Origin: Octopus bimaculoides
Taxonomy: Eukaryota
Reading direction: 5' to 3'
Length of the DNA: 64,000 nt
Assembly (NCBI RefSeq): GCF_001194135.2
Contig: NC_068981.1
Span: 173,172,249-173,236,248, forward strand
The translations under genes were made by a program, and so were the position numbers. Under the pieces are notes generated by a model. That model saw only the letters and a list, made by a program, of their open reading frames with translations, ran no database searches and was not told the DNA's origin. Positions 41,350 to 54,499 of the stretch are shown piece by piece; position 1 is the stretch's first letter; every line of letters begins with the position of its first letter.

Positions 41350-42150
41350 CCGGAAGTCTACAGTCGAAAGAGATCATGTGTCAGTCTACTTCAGATTGTT
41401 AGGTTACATCTTCGATTCAAGTTCTCTCTCCTGCAATTTTTATGAATGCTCAATGGATAAAAAAACTACGGTTTATAAGATATCGTGTTTTGGTGAAATA
41501 TCTTAGCACATCTTATAGGTACGTAATTTGCATTGCTTGTTGTAATTTTGTTTTTTCATTTTAATTGCACTTGCGAAGTTTTTATAACCTTTCATAAATT
41601 TTTGTATTTAAATATTTACGATCATTTCATTTTCTAAATTATTAATTTTAAAGTCAAATTTTGAAATATTTATAAAGAAAAGTACATCTTTGATGGAGCG
41701 GAAGCAGTGTTGCATTTTGGGTAAATGTTCGCTCTTTGGTCATACTGATAAATAAGTAGTTTCGTTGAAAAAAAAATTTACCTTTCTTATTGCCTAGCAT
41801 CTCTAGCAGATTCATGCTATCACCTCTATAGTCATTAAAAATATTTCAAGAATAGCTATTTATAGTCTAAAGTAAACTTTTACTGTAAAGCAAAACCAGT
41901 CTAACACTGTAAATCTATTTACAATAATTTTTTGGCGATCTTTCGATACCAATCCGAAATATGGCCAATTTTTTTTTTTTTTTTTTTTTATTGTACGGAA
42001 CGGATTAATAACATTTTCACTGATACAACTATACAGACTGTTTAGAGACTATTCTTTGGAATTCTAATATTTATTTTATTATAGCTATCCTCAGTCTCAC
42101 CTGAACACACAATATCGGAAGTGACGTTTAAATATTAGCGGAAATGACGT
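41350..42150. promoter_or_regulatory. ETS and ETS-CRE motifs; candidate promoter region
   Basis: CCGGAAGT near 41350, CGGAAGTGACGT 42116-42127, CGGAAATGACGT 42139-42150; + donor AG|GTACGT at 41519; minus-strand donor CAG|GTGAGA at about 42100. Confidence 0.55.
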
Positions 42151-43073
42151 TTAAGTGGGAAGGGGAGGCTGAAGGTGTTTTCTATTCTTTATGATGTCAA
42201 CATGATGTACAGTGGAGTAACAGGACAAATAAATAAATAAATAAATAAATAAACCAAGTTTAGCTAATATTTCCAAATAAGAAATTTAATTCCTGAAATT
42301 ATCTGAAATGCATTGGCAAAATATATTTCTAATAAAAACAGAAGCATAATCTTTCTTGCAAAAGAGACATCGTGAATTGGGTGTGTCAACGAAAACCATA
42401 GTGTTTATTATTCGTTTTCTTAGTTATTTAAAGGAAAAAATACATCGTAGATTCCCTCTTTTCTTTTTCTACAAAGCTTTACAAAGGATACGCAATAAGT
42501 AAAGTACAAGTATTTAAATGTTTATTCCAAATCATGTTTTCATAACAAAATTTAAAGAAAATTTGACTCATGAAAAGTGTTGTGTGTGTATGTATACTTG
42601 TATATATGTATATGATATATATTGTGTATGTATATACATATATAGGCATCCTTTCGGTATACCCCTATGAATATAATTATATAATTACGAACCTGTTCTA
42701 AAATTTATGACCGTTAAGGAAAAATATTTAAATTTGTGCTAGTTTCTCTGCGTCTCGTGTTCGATTTCAAAACTCGAGGATTACAAAACTTATGTAAATA
42801 TTACGATTTGAGTAGAAAAATTGAAAATAGATTTTTTTTTTGTAGTGTGTTGGAATTGTATGAGGAGTTCAATCATTTAATAAACCTTACGATTTTCTTG
42901 CGTCAAAGAATATACCTGTTATACTTATGGTTATAAAATTTCGATATTTCACTGTCTCCCATCTGGATGGTCATTGGAAGAAGGTTGTTCTACAAGAAAA
43001 GATTGAATGCAATACTTTATTTCATTCCCAAGAACCAGGCTTTAAAAGAATATATAAATATACTGTTCGACTG

Positions 43074-43282
43074 AACTAGTTCTCAACCATATGGTCCTGG
43101 GTGGGGTAGGGGGTCCATATAAAATTTTGTTAAAATTTATGTGCAATAAATTAAATGCAATTCTTAATAATTATAAAAATACGGTAAGATTTTAAAATAT
43201 ATATATATACAGCGAATGGAGGCCCAGTAGAATAAAATAGGAATCAAAGGGTTCATGGGCAAAACATGGTTGAAAACCACTT
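43074..43282. mobile_element. hAT-type MITE
   Basis: Imperfect TIRs ACTAGTTCTCAACCAT / ATGGTTGAAAACCACT resembling CAGTGGTTCTCAACC; no clear 8-bp TSD. Confidence 0.5.
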
Positions 43283-43599
43283 GACGGTTAATGTTGACAT
43301 TATTACCCGGAAACGAAATCGGAAAAAGAAAAAAAATAGTGCAACGGGTGAAAAATAAGGTGTAGGCAATGACTATGAAAACAAAAATGCGCGGAAAGCA
43401 ACGTGGAGTGGAGAGAGGACTTCGGAAAATTCACAAGATCCGAGTTTTACCCTCATAACTTTTAGGAAAATGGTTCTTTTTTTTTTTTTTTATGAAATTT
43501 TATGTAAATACCTTTCAAACGGCATACAATACTATTATAACGAAATTTGTGGGTAAAAATCTTTTCCGAAGGGGTGGGAAGTGGACTTCGAAAAAGTTA

Positions 43600-43766
43600 T
43601 CCGATTTTTTCCTTCGTAACGGATATCTTTTAACGAAATTGTATATAAATACCTTTCAAACGACATCCCTAGTCCTTCATTTTTTTTATGGCAGAGTTGG
43701 GTCTTAGCACGTCCAAACAACTTGTCAGTCTTCAATTGGTTTGGTATTTCAAGCTGTTCTTGCTAG
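43600..43766 (+). other. Probable non-coding 5'UTR exon of the + strand gene (start approximate)
   Basis: Perfect donor TAG|GTAAGT at 43767 after a CpG-richer stretch; the next identified acceptor is at 46642. Confidence 0.45.
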
Positions 43767-44199
43767 GTAAGTAGTGGATAGCTGGATTTTAAAAAGTAGC
43801 CAACATAAAAGAAACGTGGGTTTAAAGATCTGTTTATGAAAAAAAAAACAACTTTTTTTTCTTATTTTTTTAAAGTTTTAAGCATCCTTTTTCTTGTAAT
43901 AAGTGTTTATTATAAATCCGGATAATACTGAGAGAAACAACTTTAGCATAAAGAAGCTATATGTTCATGATTTTCAACCAAAAATTATCTTAGAATGTCA
44001 GATATTAGAGAGAGAGCTTTTTACTTGACTCTAGGCACAAATTCTTTATATATATATAATTTATTGACCCCGAAAGGATGAAAGGCAAAGTTGACCATGG
44101 CAGAATTTGAACTTAGAATGTAGTGATGGGTGAAATACCATTAAGTATTTTGTCCAACGTGCTAATGATTCTGCCTGCTTGCCACCTTCAAAACATGAA

Positions 44200-45885
44200 A
44201 ACAAGAAAGCATCATACTCAGTAACAGAACAGGCAAAGGAATAGCTAAGTGAATTCCAAATACAACAAATTCCAGAATTAGACATACGAGAAACAAGCGC
44301 AGAAAAAGCTAAGCGCATGAAAACCCATGCTAAAACTGCTGCCTTAGATATTCCGACTAATAAATAGCAAGAAAAACCTCTCGCCCAAAGTGAGCGAATA
44401 ATGCTGATGTTGACAAAGCCCTTACCCATCAATGGTTAGTGTCTTCTGGCTTAAAATCAGAAGGGTTTATCATAGCAGCCCAACATCAATGCCTGCCTAC
44501 AAGGAGCTACCAGGCCAACATATTAAAGAACGGCAGCTGCCCAACATGTCGTGTATGTCAACAACAAAATGAAACCATTGATCATGTCTCCATGTGCAGT
44601 CTTCTTGTGCCTACAGAGTATCTCAACAGGCATGATAGAGCTGCACAGACACTAGAAACCCTGCTTGTGAAGACCTGTTGAGGCAAGTGAATTTGGAATC
44701 TGAAATCTGAAATCAAAATCAAACTGAATCCGACGACTGGCACCCATGCCAACCTCTCCTTCATTGGACACTAAACTCTGCTTAGGGCAAGTGGAATCGA
44801 AATCGTAATTGAACCATACTCGATGACTGGCACCTGCGCCAGTGGAGCACTAACAGCACTGTCCGAGCATGTTCATTGCCAGAGCAGCTGTCTGGCTTCC
44901 GTGCTAGTGGCCCATAAATAGCACCATTTGAGTGTAATCATTACCAGCGTTGCCTTGTAGCACTTGTGCTGGTGGCACATTAGAAAATCATTCGAGCGAG
45001 GTCGTTGCCAGTGCCGCTGGCTGGCTCCCGTGCAGGTGACATGTAAAAAACACCTTTTTGAGCGTGGCCGTTGCCAGTACCGTGTGACTGGCCCTCGTGC
45101 CAGTGGCACGTAAAAGCACCCACTACACTCTCGGAGTGGTTGGCGTTAGGAAGAGCATCCAGCTGTAGAAACTCTGCCAGATCAGATTGGAGCCTGGTGC
45201 AGCCTTCTGGCTTGCCAGTCAGTTAAATCGTCCAACCCATGCTAGTATGGAAAGCGGACGTTAAACGATGATGATGATGTAATTTGCAAAAACCTGGACT
45301 TGCCCCATGATAAAAACTCAGGGGAACACAAACCACTTCCAGTGCTTGAAAATGGTCACATCTCACTCCTCTGGAACTTCACCATTCAAACTGACAGAAA
45401 TATAGATGCAAATGGGCCAGACATCATTTGAAAGACTTCAGACAAAAATCATGCGTCCTCATTGATATGACTGTCCCAATTGATATAAACGTATCTGTCA
45501 AAACCTACCAAAAACTGGGCAAGTATAAAGATCTTGAAATGCCCTGGGAATGATAGCAAAAGCGACTGGTTGCTACCTAGCTCAGATACTAGGAAACCCC
45601 AAAATGGCAGAAATTCAAAAGATAGTGCTCATAGGAACTGCCCATATCCTACGCAAAATACTTTCTATGTAATCTCAAATTTTAAAACAAACACCTAATT
45701 TTCTTATGGTTTCTTAAACATTCTCTAGAACAACACTATGTACAAAACCAAATATAGGGCACACTAGGCATAACACCAACATGAACTTCTAACTTGTTGT
45801 CTCTTGAGGTCTCTGGGTGAGACTTGGAGCCAACTTGTACAAATGTAAAGCAAAAGTCAAACATAAAATAATAATAATAATGATA
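44200..45885 (+). mobile_element. R4/Dong-clade non-LTR retrotransposon 3' part (CCHC knuckle plus restriction-like endonuclease), interrupted by an RTE-tail insertion
   Basis: QWL.SSGLKSEGFIIAAQ..LPTRSY..CRVC..ETIDH..C..EYLNRHDRAAQ. The frame resumes at about 45280 with ICKNLDLP..LLWNFTIQTDRNIDANGPDII..IDMTVP..KYKDL..EIQKIVLIGTAHILRKILSM*. The 3'UTR ends in (TAA)n. Confidence 0.85.
44650..45280 (+). mobile_element. RTE 3'UTR-derived element nested in the R4/Dong relic
   Basis: Matches 31200-31622; (GAT)n tail at 45267-45279. Confidence 0.8.
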
Positions 45886-46648
45886 AAAGCAGCAGTGCCT
45901 GAGCTTAAAGCTTTCAGCCCAAATTTAACTGATTAAGATAGCAGCCTGATGATTTTATTTGACCATGTAAGTTGTGTGCACTCAGTGACAGCAAAAATAT
46001 TAGTTTAAAAACAGAATTGGAGTCAGAGGTATTTAAAATTAAACATGGACTACATTTATTACACTTTCAACATTTTTACTTAGCCTCTATAGGATTTAAC
46101 TCTTTAACATTCAGATTGCTCAGTCACATGTAATGCTTATTCATTCAAATTATTTTGAATTAAGCATGCATTATCTCATAGCCTTCAGATTTCAATGATA
46201 TGATTGTTTACTTGTAGAGGTAGTTGTGAGAGTGTTTAGGCTGGATATGGCCAGTTTGAATGTTTGTTAGAATTCTTACACTTTTGTCAAGTTTGTAGCA
46301 GTTGTCATCATCATCACTATTGTATTTATGTTCACTTTTTAAATATTGGAATTTCTGAACTATTTTGATTTTACCATTTAATTCATTTTTGTGGGTTAAT
46401 AAATATCTATCCATTGATTGATTAAATTGAGATGGACAGATGTAGCTGAGAAATTCCAATATTGTGCTAGCATGGAAAAAGCAAATATTAAGGAGGTTTG
46501 TGATATCCATTGGAATTACCTGATGAGAGAGAAAAATCTTTGCATTTATGTTTTCTATTATGTTATATTTATTTTAATTGGTTTTAAATATTAAGTGTTG
46601 TTGCAAAAGCATTTTTAAGAATCACCTACCAATATTTTTCAGGTAAGA

Positions 46649-46703
46649 ATGTCTGCTGTAGAGAAGGTTGCTACCACTGCAGCCTTTTCATCTTCCAATA
46701 CAA
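46649..46703 (+). CDS. First coding exon (exon 46643-46703) of an unidentified gene: MSAVEKVATTAAFSSSNT
   Basis: Acceptor TTTTTCAG ends at 46642, ATG at 46649, donor A|GTAAGT at 46704. The exon ends in phase 1, matching the 54500 exon. Confidence 0.65.
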
Positions 46704-49700
46704 GTAAGTTCATTTTTCCTTATTAAACTACATGTTCAGTTTTTGTGAATTATTAAAAAAATAATTTAAATAGTTTATAATTTTAACATGCATTTTAAAA
46801 TACATTCTTAAAGCACATTGTTGTATGCACATGCTTATGCACATACATAGAAAACTTCATATTTGAAAGATTTTACATATAAGTAACTAGTGATAAAATT
46901 TAAATTTGCATGTTTTGTTTTTAATCTGTGTTAATTAATTTCATGATCTGCATGTCTTTTCTAATACCTTTGTATACTAATTGAATAACAGTTGTATTTT
47001 AAGAGTAGTTTTGTTTGATGATGAATGTGTGAGTATGATGGGGGAAAAATTGAAACTGGTAATAGTTGTTGCACAATTATATACTTGGATTTACAAAATA
47101 AGATGACAGTTATTCTTGTCATTATATAGAAAGAAAAACATTTAGTTAGATTAATGCTTTGGCTACAGGATTAGTGGTGTAAGTGACACTATGTCTTTCT
47201 ATTAGTTTAATTGATTCTATTCTGTGTTCTTTTCTATTTTTAGCATTTGAAATGTAAGCATCTTTACTTTGGGAGAAAAGCAAAATAGTTTCTTAATCCA
47301 CTATTAGTAATATCATGAGAAGTTTTGTCTTTAATGCATTTTAAAAAGGCATTTTGTATTTCATTGCTTTATGAAAGTGGTTTTAAGTCCTTTGTAACAG
47401 GTTACTGCTTATTTGCTTTCATTATCCATATTCTTTTCTGAAATAGAATAAGGAATTGCAATATTAAAGCTCGTGTGAACCTGTTTAACTGAGAAAGTTT
47501 GAAACCTGGTAGAAAAGGCTAATTTTATATGACTCTATTATCATTACTATAAGTAATGTGTTAGGCAATGGTGATTCCAATAATATATTTGCATAAAGTA
47601 CAGGAAATGTGAATTAAATATTGTGTATATAAATACAGGTAGTAGATTTACAATGGTGGTAGAAATATATTTAAATTAACTGTACCTTCACTAAGTTGAT
47701 AACTCACCATATTGATATTATATGCAACTGGCTGAGAATTTACTCAAAATGAGTGTTGAGATAAGAGTTTATAATAGTGCATGGATTTTAACAAACCAGG
47801 TATGGGTGGTCTTGGATTCAGTCCCACTGCATGGCTTCTTGGGCAAACGTCTCAACTATTATAGCTCCAGGTTTACCAAAGCCTTGTGAGTGGATTTGAT
47901 TGACGGAAACTGAAAGAACCCTATTGTAGTGTGTGTATTCTTGTTTTGATATTGTGGTGATTGTAAACAAGATCACCTTCATACAAGTGATGCTGTTCAT
48001 TTCCAGTCTTCTATGAATAACATGTCTGACCATGGGGAAACAAGTAGGGGATGGTGACAATTCAGGCATCCAGCTGTAGAAAATCTGCATTGACAAATTC
48101 TGTTTGACCTGTCTGAGCATGGAAAAAATGAATGTTAAATGATGATGATGATGCTTTTGCTGATAACAATACATAAAGAGAAGAAAATTTTGAATGGAGT
48201 TGAAATAAATATGATATTTAAAAAAAAAAATTTGATCTGCTAATAAGATGAAGTACAAAAATTTCATATGCTTATGTAGTTCATTCCAGCACAGAAAAGC
48301 TACTATGGAAAAGTGGATGGTGATTATAATGATTTTCGCTTTATGTGGTGTGATCTATCACAAACTAGTTTCTGAATTGATGGTTATATCATGATTTTCA
48401 TGAATATCTTACATCCATTTTCCATAGTAAAAAATATATTGAGTAGTTTTACACATTTGATAAACAGTTGATAAAGAAGAAACTCTGATTGATCTTCTGG
48501 AATTAGCAGCCAAATCTCCAAGTTAAATCTTACTATCTATTAAAAAAGAAGTTGGACAAGTTGTTCTAGATATATTATGTCAGAATAAAAGATAGTTGGT
48601 CATGTCTTGACAGCTTCATATATATATATATATATGTATAATGCCTCTGTCTCTTTGTCACACTCTGACCTTTCATTCTCTGACACAAGTTTCTCTCCTC
48701 AAATGCCCTGACCCTCTTATAATTCCTTGTCTTGTGAGTTACTTGGTTACCCTGTCAGTGCTGGTGCCACATTAAAAGCATCCAGTCCACACTAATGTGG
48801 TTGGCATTTGGAAGGGCATCCAGCTGTAAAGATCCTGCCAAAACTAACCTCACCTGTGCTAGTGCCACGTAAAAAGCACTGATTTCACTCTGCAAGTGGT
48901 TGGTGTTAGGAAGGGCATCTAGCCGTAAAATCCCTGCCAAAACAGACACAATAGCCTTGGGTAGTTTTTCTACCTGGCTGGCTCCCCTGTCAACCGTCCT
49001 ACCCATGCATGCATGGAAGATGATGATATATTCTTTTATTTGTTTCAGTCATTTGACTGCGGCCATGCTGAAGCATCACCTTTAGTCAAGCAAATCGACC
49101 CCAGGACTTATTCGATGTAAGCCTAGTACTTATTCTATCGGTCTCTTTTGCCGAGCTGCTAAGTTACGAGGGAGTAAACACCAGAATCATTGCAAGCGAT
49201 GTTGGGGGGGACAAACACAGACACACATATACACAACAGGCTTCTTTCAGTTTAGGTCTACCAAATCCACTCACAAGGCTTTGGTCAGCCCAAGGCTATA
49301 GTAGAAGACACTTGCCCAAGGTGCCACACAGTGGGACTGAACCCAGAACCATGTGGTTGGTAAGCAAGCTACTTAACCATGCAATCACTCATGTGCATAT
49401 ATATATATATTTGATCAGGATTGACCTACAGCCAAATAATGACAACAGTGGCATAAACTGTACAAGTAACACACTTGTTTGCTTTTTTTGGATGTTGATG
49501 TTTTTCAATTGAACAGTCCGAAGTAGCTAATTTAGAACGTATTAACACATTTTACGTTAGACACAATGAGCAAGTCTACTGACAGGATTCTACCCACAAA
49601 TCTTTAGCCCTGTTTCTCTATTCTACCTCAAATTGGTTCTTATATTTCTTAATATTGTTTTATAATGAAAATCTTAGCAAGTGACAACTAAAGCAAGACT

Positions 49701-51031
49701 AATATTGTACTTAGAAGGGAAATGGTAGAAGGAAAGTATTTGTTAAAATCCATTAAAAAATAGCTTGTTTAATTACAACTGGTTGGTAATTCACATTGTT
49801 TTTTTAGGTTCTCCTACTGAGGATAGAAGTAGTTGACAGAGATTAATGGAGTTGTTGGTTCACTTAAAATTTATAAGTTGGAGGTGAGGGGAATGAACTG
49901 ACAGTGAACTACATTTCCAAGAAGAAAGAATTGGGCATAATGTTTTACGTGGGGGAAGAAGAAATTCTGCTGTGGGGCGAGAGGAGTTTTTATAACATGC
50001 ATAAAAAGGAAAAGAAAACAGTTTGTATAGAAATGAAAAGGATCCCTGTATAAAATATTAGATTGCTATATTTTTCTTTTGCATGTACTGTGTTTGTTGT
50101 TGTTTTTTTTTGTTTAGTTTGAGCTATTAAGTTGTTGATGTAGAAAAGTAAAATGACAGTTGAATTGTTAGTTGGTAGTGAGAGAAAGCTTCTCAATGTG
50201 ATATAGTTTGCAATATACTAGTAGCCTCTGTCTGGTGCTTAGTGATAGGTTTCTTTTTTTCCATTCTCATGACGTTAAGACATGCTGAAGTCAAGGGCAA
50301 CAACTTTGGCTTTATCAAAGTTCTCAAAAGTAAACAGCTGCAAGTATATGAGATTATAGGAAAGGATTTCTTTAAATAATTTGGTTTTGATGGTAACCAA
50401 GCTGGATAACTCAATAATACTCATTTTTAAGAATATTAGTCTTTACTCTTTCTTGTTGATCTTTTGAAGTTTGAATTAATTTTAATATCTACACTCTGGT
50501 TGTAGAGCAAGCTAATTTTTCTTTCTGTTGAAAATGCATAATGGAATTAGGATCATTAGTAGCTCTAAGACCTCATCACATTATAAATGTTAGAGAAGTA
50601 TATGATTCAAGTTGATAAATATAATTGTACTTTATGATGTTCAAGGTATATAAGTTATTAACGGACTTGTATTAAAAAATAAGCTTTGGATATGATTGAT
50701 TTCTTAAAAAATGGATCTGACATTATATAATTTGAAAATTCAATTTTTTTTTGTATTTTTATTTTGTAAAGACTTGCAATCTACTAAAATAAAACAAGCA
50801 AAAAACATAAATTTTGATCTTTTGTGATCTGTATTGTTAATAGTATTTAAAGCATCTTCAGTTAAGTTGTTTTATTTATAATAACCTTGTTGTGTTTCTT
50901 TTAAATTTAGTTAAAGGTTATGTAATTTAAATTAAAATGAGTAATTTTTTTTTTTTTACTGGACATATGGCTAGTTGCTTTGTGAAAAAAGAATTTAGTT
51001 TTTAAAGGATAGAAATTTTTAGTCTTTTTAA

Positions 51032-51253
51032 CCCTTTAGCATTTAAACCGACAATATCTGGTCCAAACATTATTCTACCTGTTTAATGTTAAAGCTGATC
51101 AGATTTTGCCTCTGACACTATCCCTACAATATCATTTTAAAAATATACATTCACATATCAAAATCTCAAAGCTACAAGATAATACATGATTAATTCAAAA
51201 CCATGTGAATAAATTAGAATTACATTTGAGAGAGTAATCTAAATGCTAAATGG
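51032..51253. mobile_element. piggyBac-type MITE with TTAA TSD
   Basis: TTAA-CCCTTTAGCATTTA ... TAAATGCTAAATGG-TTAA; partial inverted copy at about 46096-46215. Confidence 0.75.
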
Positions 51254-52924
51254 TTAAACCATATTCTTATAGTTATATTGGCACTTTGTAATTTAAAAAA
51301 AAAATTTTTTGTGTTGTCTGCTTTTATAAATAGTTTTTCTTATAATCCAACGTTTGTTTATTCATATTATGAAAATATTATTCCTGTAAGTAATTTAGAG
51401 CTACTCTATTTTTGTCGTAGTCATCTAATCTTTAAAATGGTGAAAGCTCTGGCTATATTTTTCAAATTTATGATATTCTAGTTGAGTTTAACCAAAACAT
51501 TTTTGAAATTGTAGTTATCCGTGAGGTAATATACTTAATGTGAGTGAGTCCAAATCAATTTTTTATAAATTGAAATTAAACTCACAATGAGAATCATTAG
51601 CACTAAGTTCTTTTATTTTTTTGATAAGAAAGTCAAGGGATAGAACTCTGGAATTTGAATTGATGGAAAATAAATATCTAGTGAAGAGTGAATTTGATGT
51701 TTATAGAAACACTGACAACTCTGGATATGGTTCATTCTCTGCTACATGAATTTTGAATCATTTTAAATTCCAGGGTTCTCTTAGCAATTTTCAACAAGAA
51801 TTGTCTATAATGCTAATATTTCTACTTCACATGAGGGGTTAATTTCATTTTCTTTTTGGCTCACTATATTATGTTAGCCTCAACTTTACTACATTTTTTT
51901 TCCATGCTGGTGAAAACCCTGGAGATTTTAGAGATTACTTGCATTCAACAACTTGAATTTTGAACAACTAGATTATATATCATAAATACTTCAGTGATGT
52001 TGCGGAATAGTGAATGCTTCAAACTATGTGTTATGGAATTATGCACTAAATATACTAATACAGCTACTAACAGTATTGTCTCTTTTGTATTCATATCTAA
52101 TGACTAATATATATATATGTAACATAATAATAACAATATTTATCAGATATGAAATAGCATGAGTATTTATTCATACTGTCTTTCTCCTTACATAAGGTAC
52201 ATAAGGCATAAAAAAAAAAACAAAAACCAAAAAAAAAAAAAGCCTCTTCAATTTTCATGAAATCTGTATAATTACATCAATATTCTACATTGAAAGTTTT
52301 ATACAATTAAAAGCAATTGAAATGTGGAAAGTAACTCCATTACATGGTAACTTCTGGCATTCTCTTTAATAATTAGATTAGCAATGCTACCATTAACTAC
52401 AAAGATAATGGCAATGCATTAAAAATAAACTTAAGCCAATGGATGAAGATGGTCAAGTAGACTTAAGCAATGGATGGAGGTGGTCTATATAGTTAAGCTA
52501 ATGCAAGATATAGCTGAGATTAATAAAAAGTAGTATTAGTATAATAGGCCTTCTTTTTCTGCTGTGACACCTGTATGAGAAATAATAGGCCCCACTCCAA
52601 TCCACCAATAACAAATTTATATTCAATGAAAAAAAAAACAAAAGGCATCATACTGTCATTGTGTGATCTAATGACAGTATGATGTATGTGCGAATGATAA
52701 GTTCAGGTCCAGCTACATTTCAAGGATTCGTGATAGTAAGCATTAAGAAACAAGAACAGAAAAGTAAGACTCTGGAGAAGGACTTGGACCAACATCCTTA
52801 ATAGTGAACAAATGACATGCTTGCACTGATATACTTGATATGGTCTGTTAGAGATGATAGATGGAATTTGGAGAATAAAAAGATTTTCTCTGTAAATAAC
52901 AGGAAGTATGGTGTGTATGTTAAT

Positions 52925-54075
52925 TATGTGATGCTGAATAAATAGGAAAACGTAAACAGACGACCAGCAGTAAACAAAATTGTATTTGTAATTTATTGGA
53001 CAATAATTTGTGTAATTAAATGAATGTGCAGTATGGCCAAAATGAAGGTGTGTATAGAAAATGGTTGTATATTACTTGGTGTTGTAAAATGAAATCAATT
53101 ATGTTTGGTGGGTAAAACAATGTAGGAAATTTTAAGGAGAGTAGAGTAAGCTGATGAAAATGTTGACGCTGTAATGACACTAGAAGCCAATTAAACATGT
53201 TGTACATGCCCATCTAACTTGTACTATAAGTATAAATACACACTAAGAGGAGAGTTATAATAAATTTNNNNNNNNNNNNNNNNNNNNNNNNNNNNNNNNN
53301 NNNNNNNNNNNNNNNNNNNNNNNNNNNNNNNNNNNNNNNNNNNNNNNNNNNNNNNNNNNNNNNNNNNNNNNNNNNNNNNNNNNNNNNNNNNNNNNNNNNN
53401 NNNNNNNNNNNNNNNNNNNNNNNNNNNNNNNNNNNNNNNNNNNNNNNNNNNNNNNNNNNNNNNNNNNNNNNNNNNNNNNNNNNNNNNNNNNNNNNNNNNN
53501 NNNNNNNNNNNNNNNNNNNNNNNNNNNNNNNNNNNNNNNNNNNNNNNNNNNNNNNNNNNNNNNNNNNNNNNNNNNNNNNNNNNNNNNNNNNNNNNNNNNN
53601 NNNNNNNNNNNNNNNNNNNNNNNNNNNNNNNNNNNNNNNNNNNNNNNNNNNNNNNNNNNNNNNNNNNNNNNNNNNNNNAATTGAAACTTAATGAGTTATA
53701 TTTAGAAATATTTTCATAACTATTTTCTTGTTAAATTTATTATAACTCTCCTCTTAGTGTGTATTTATACTTATAGTACAAGTTAGATGGGCATGTACAA
53801 CATGTTTAATTGGCTTCTAGTGTCATTACAGCGTCAACATTTTCATCAGCTTACTCTACTCTCCTTAAAATTTCCTACATTGTTTTACCCACCAAACATA
53901 ATTGATTTCATTTTACAACACCAAGTAATATACAACCATTTTCTATACACACCTTCATTTTGGCCATACTGCACATTCATTTAATTACACAAATTATTGT
54001 CCAATAAATTACAAATACAATTTTGTTTACTGCTGGTCGTCTGTTTACGTTTTCCTATTTATTCAGCATCACATA
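52925..54075. repeat. 343-bp inverted duplication (52925-53267 / 53733-54075) flanking an N gap
   Basis: The arms read as exact reverse complements and give identical ORFs on opposite strands. Confidence 0.9.
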
Positions 54076-54499
54076 TATATATATATTTATTCAGCATCAC
54101 ATATATATATATATATAGTTATTGCTAAATAGTTTATATGTAAATTCAGAAAATAGATTTTCTTTAATTATTTGTATATCACAAAATTTCCTCTACTTAA
54201 TATAAAAATAATGACAATTAAAATGCTAGTGTATAATTTAAGGATACAAATTAAAGTGAAAAAATATTTTGTTCTTTTATGCGTGAAACTGTAAGAGGAG
54301 TTCCCTGTAAGGTAGTGAAACAGACATTCGATATGAATATTTTGTTTAACTTATTAAATTAATTGATTGTTTTTAAATTTATTAATTTAAAATAACAATT
54401 TAACCAAATTAGTATTCTAATTGAAACTAGTATGTTATTTATTTTCACTAAACTGTTTTTAATTTGTTTATAGCCTAACCAGTTTTTCTGTTCTTTCAG

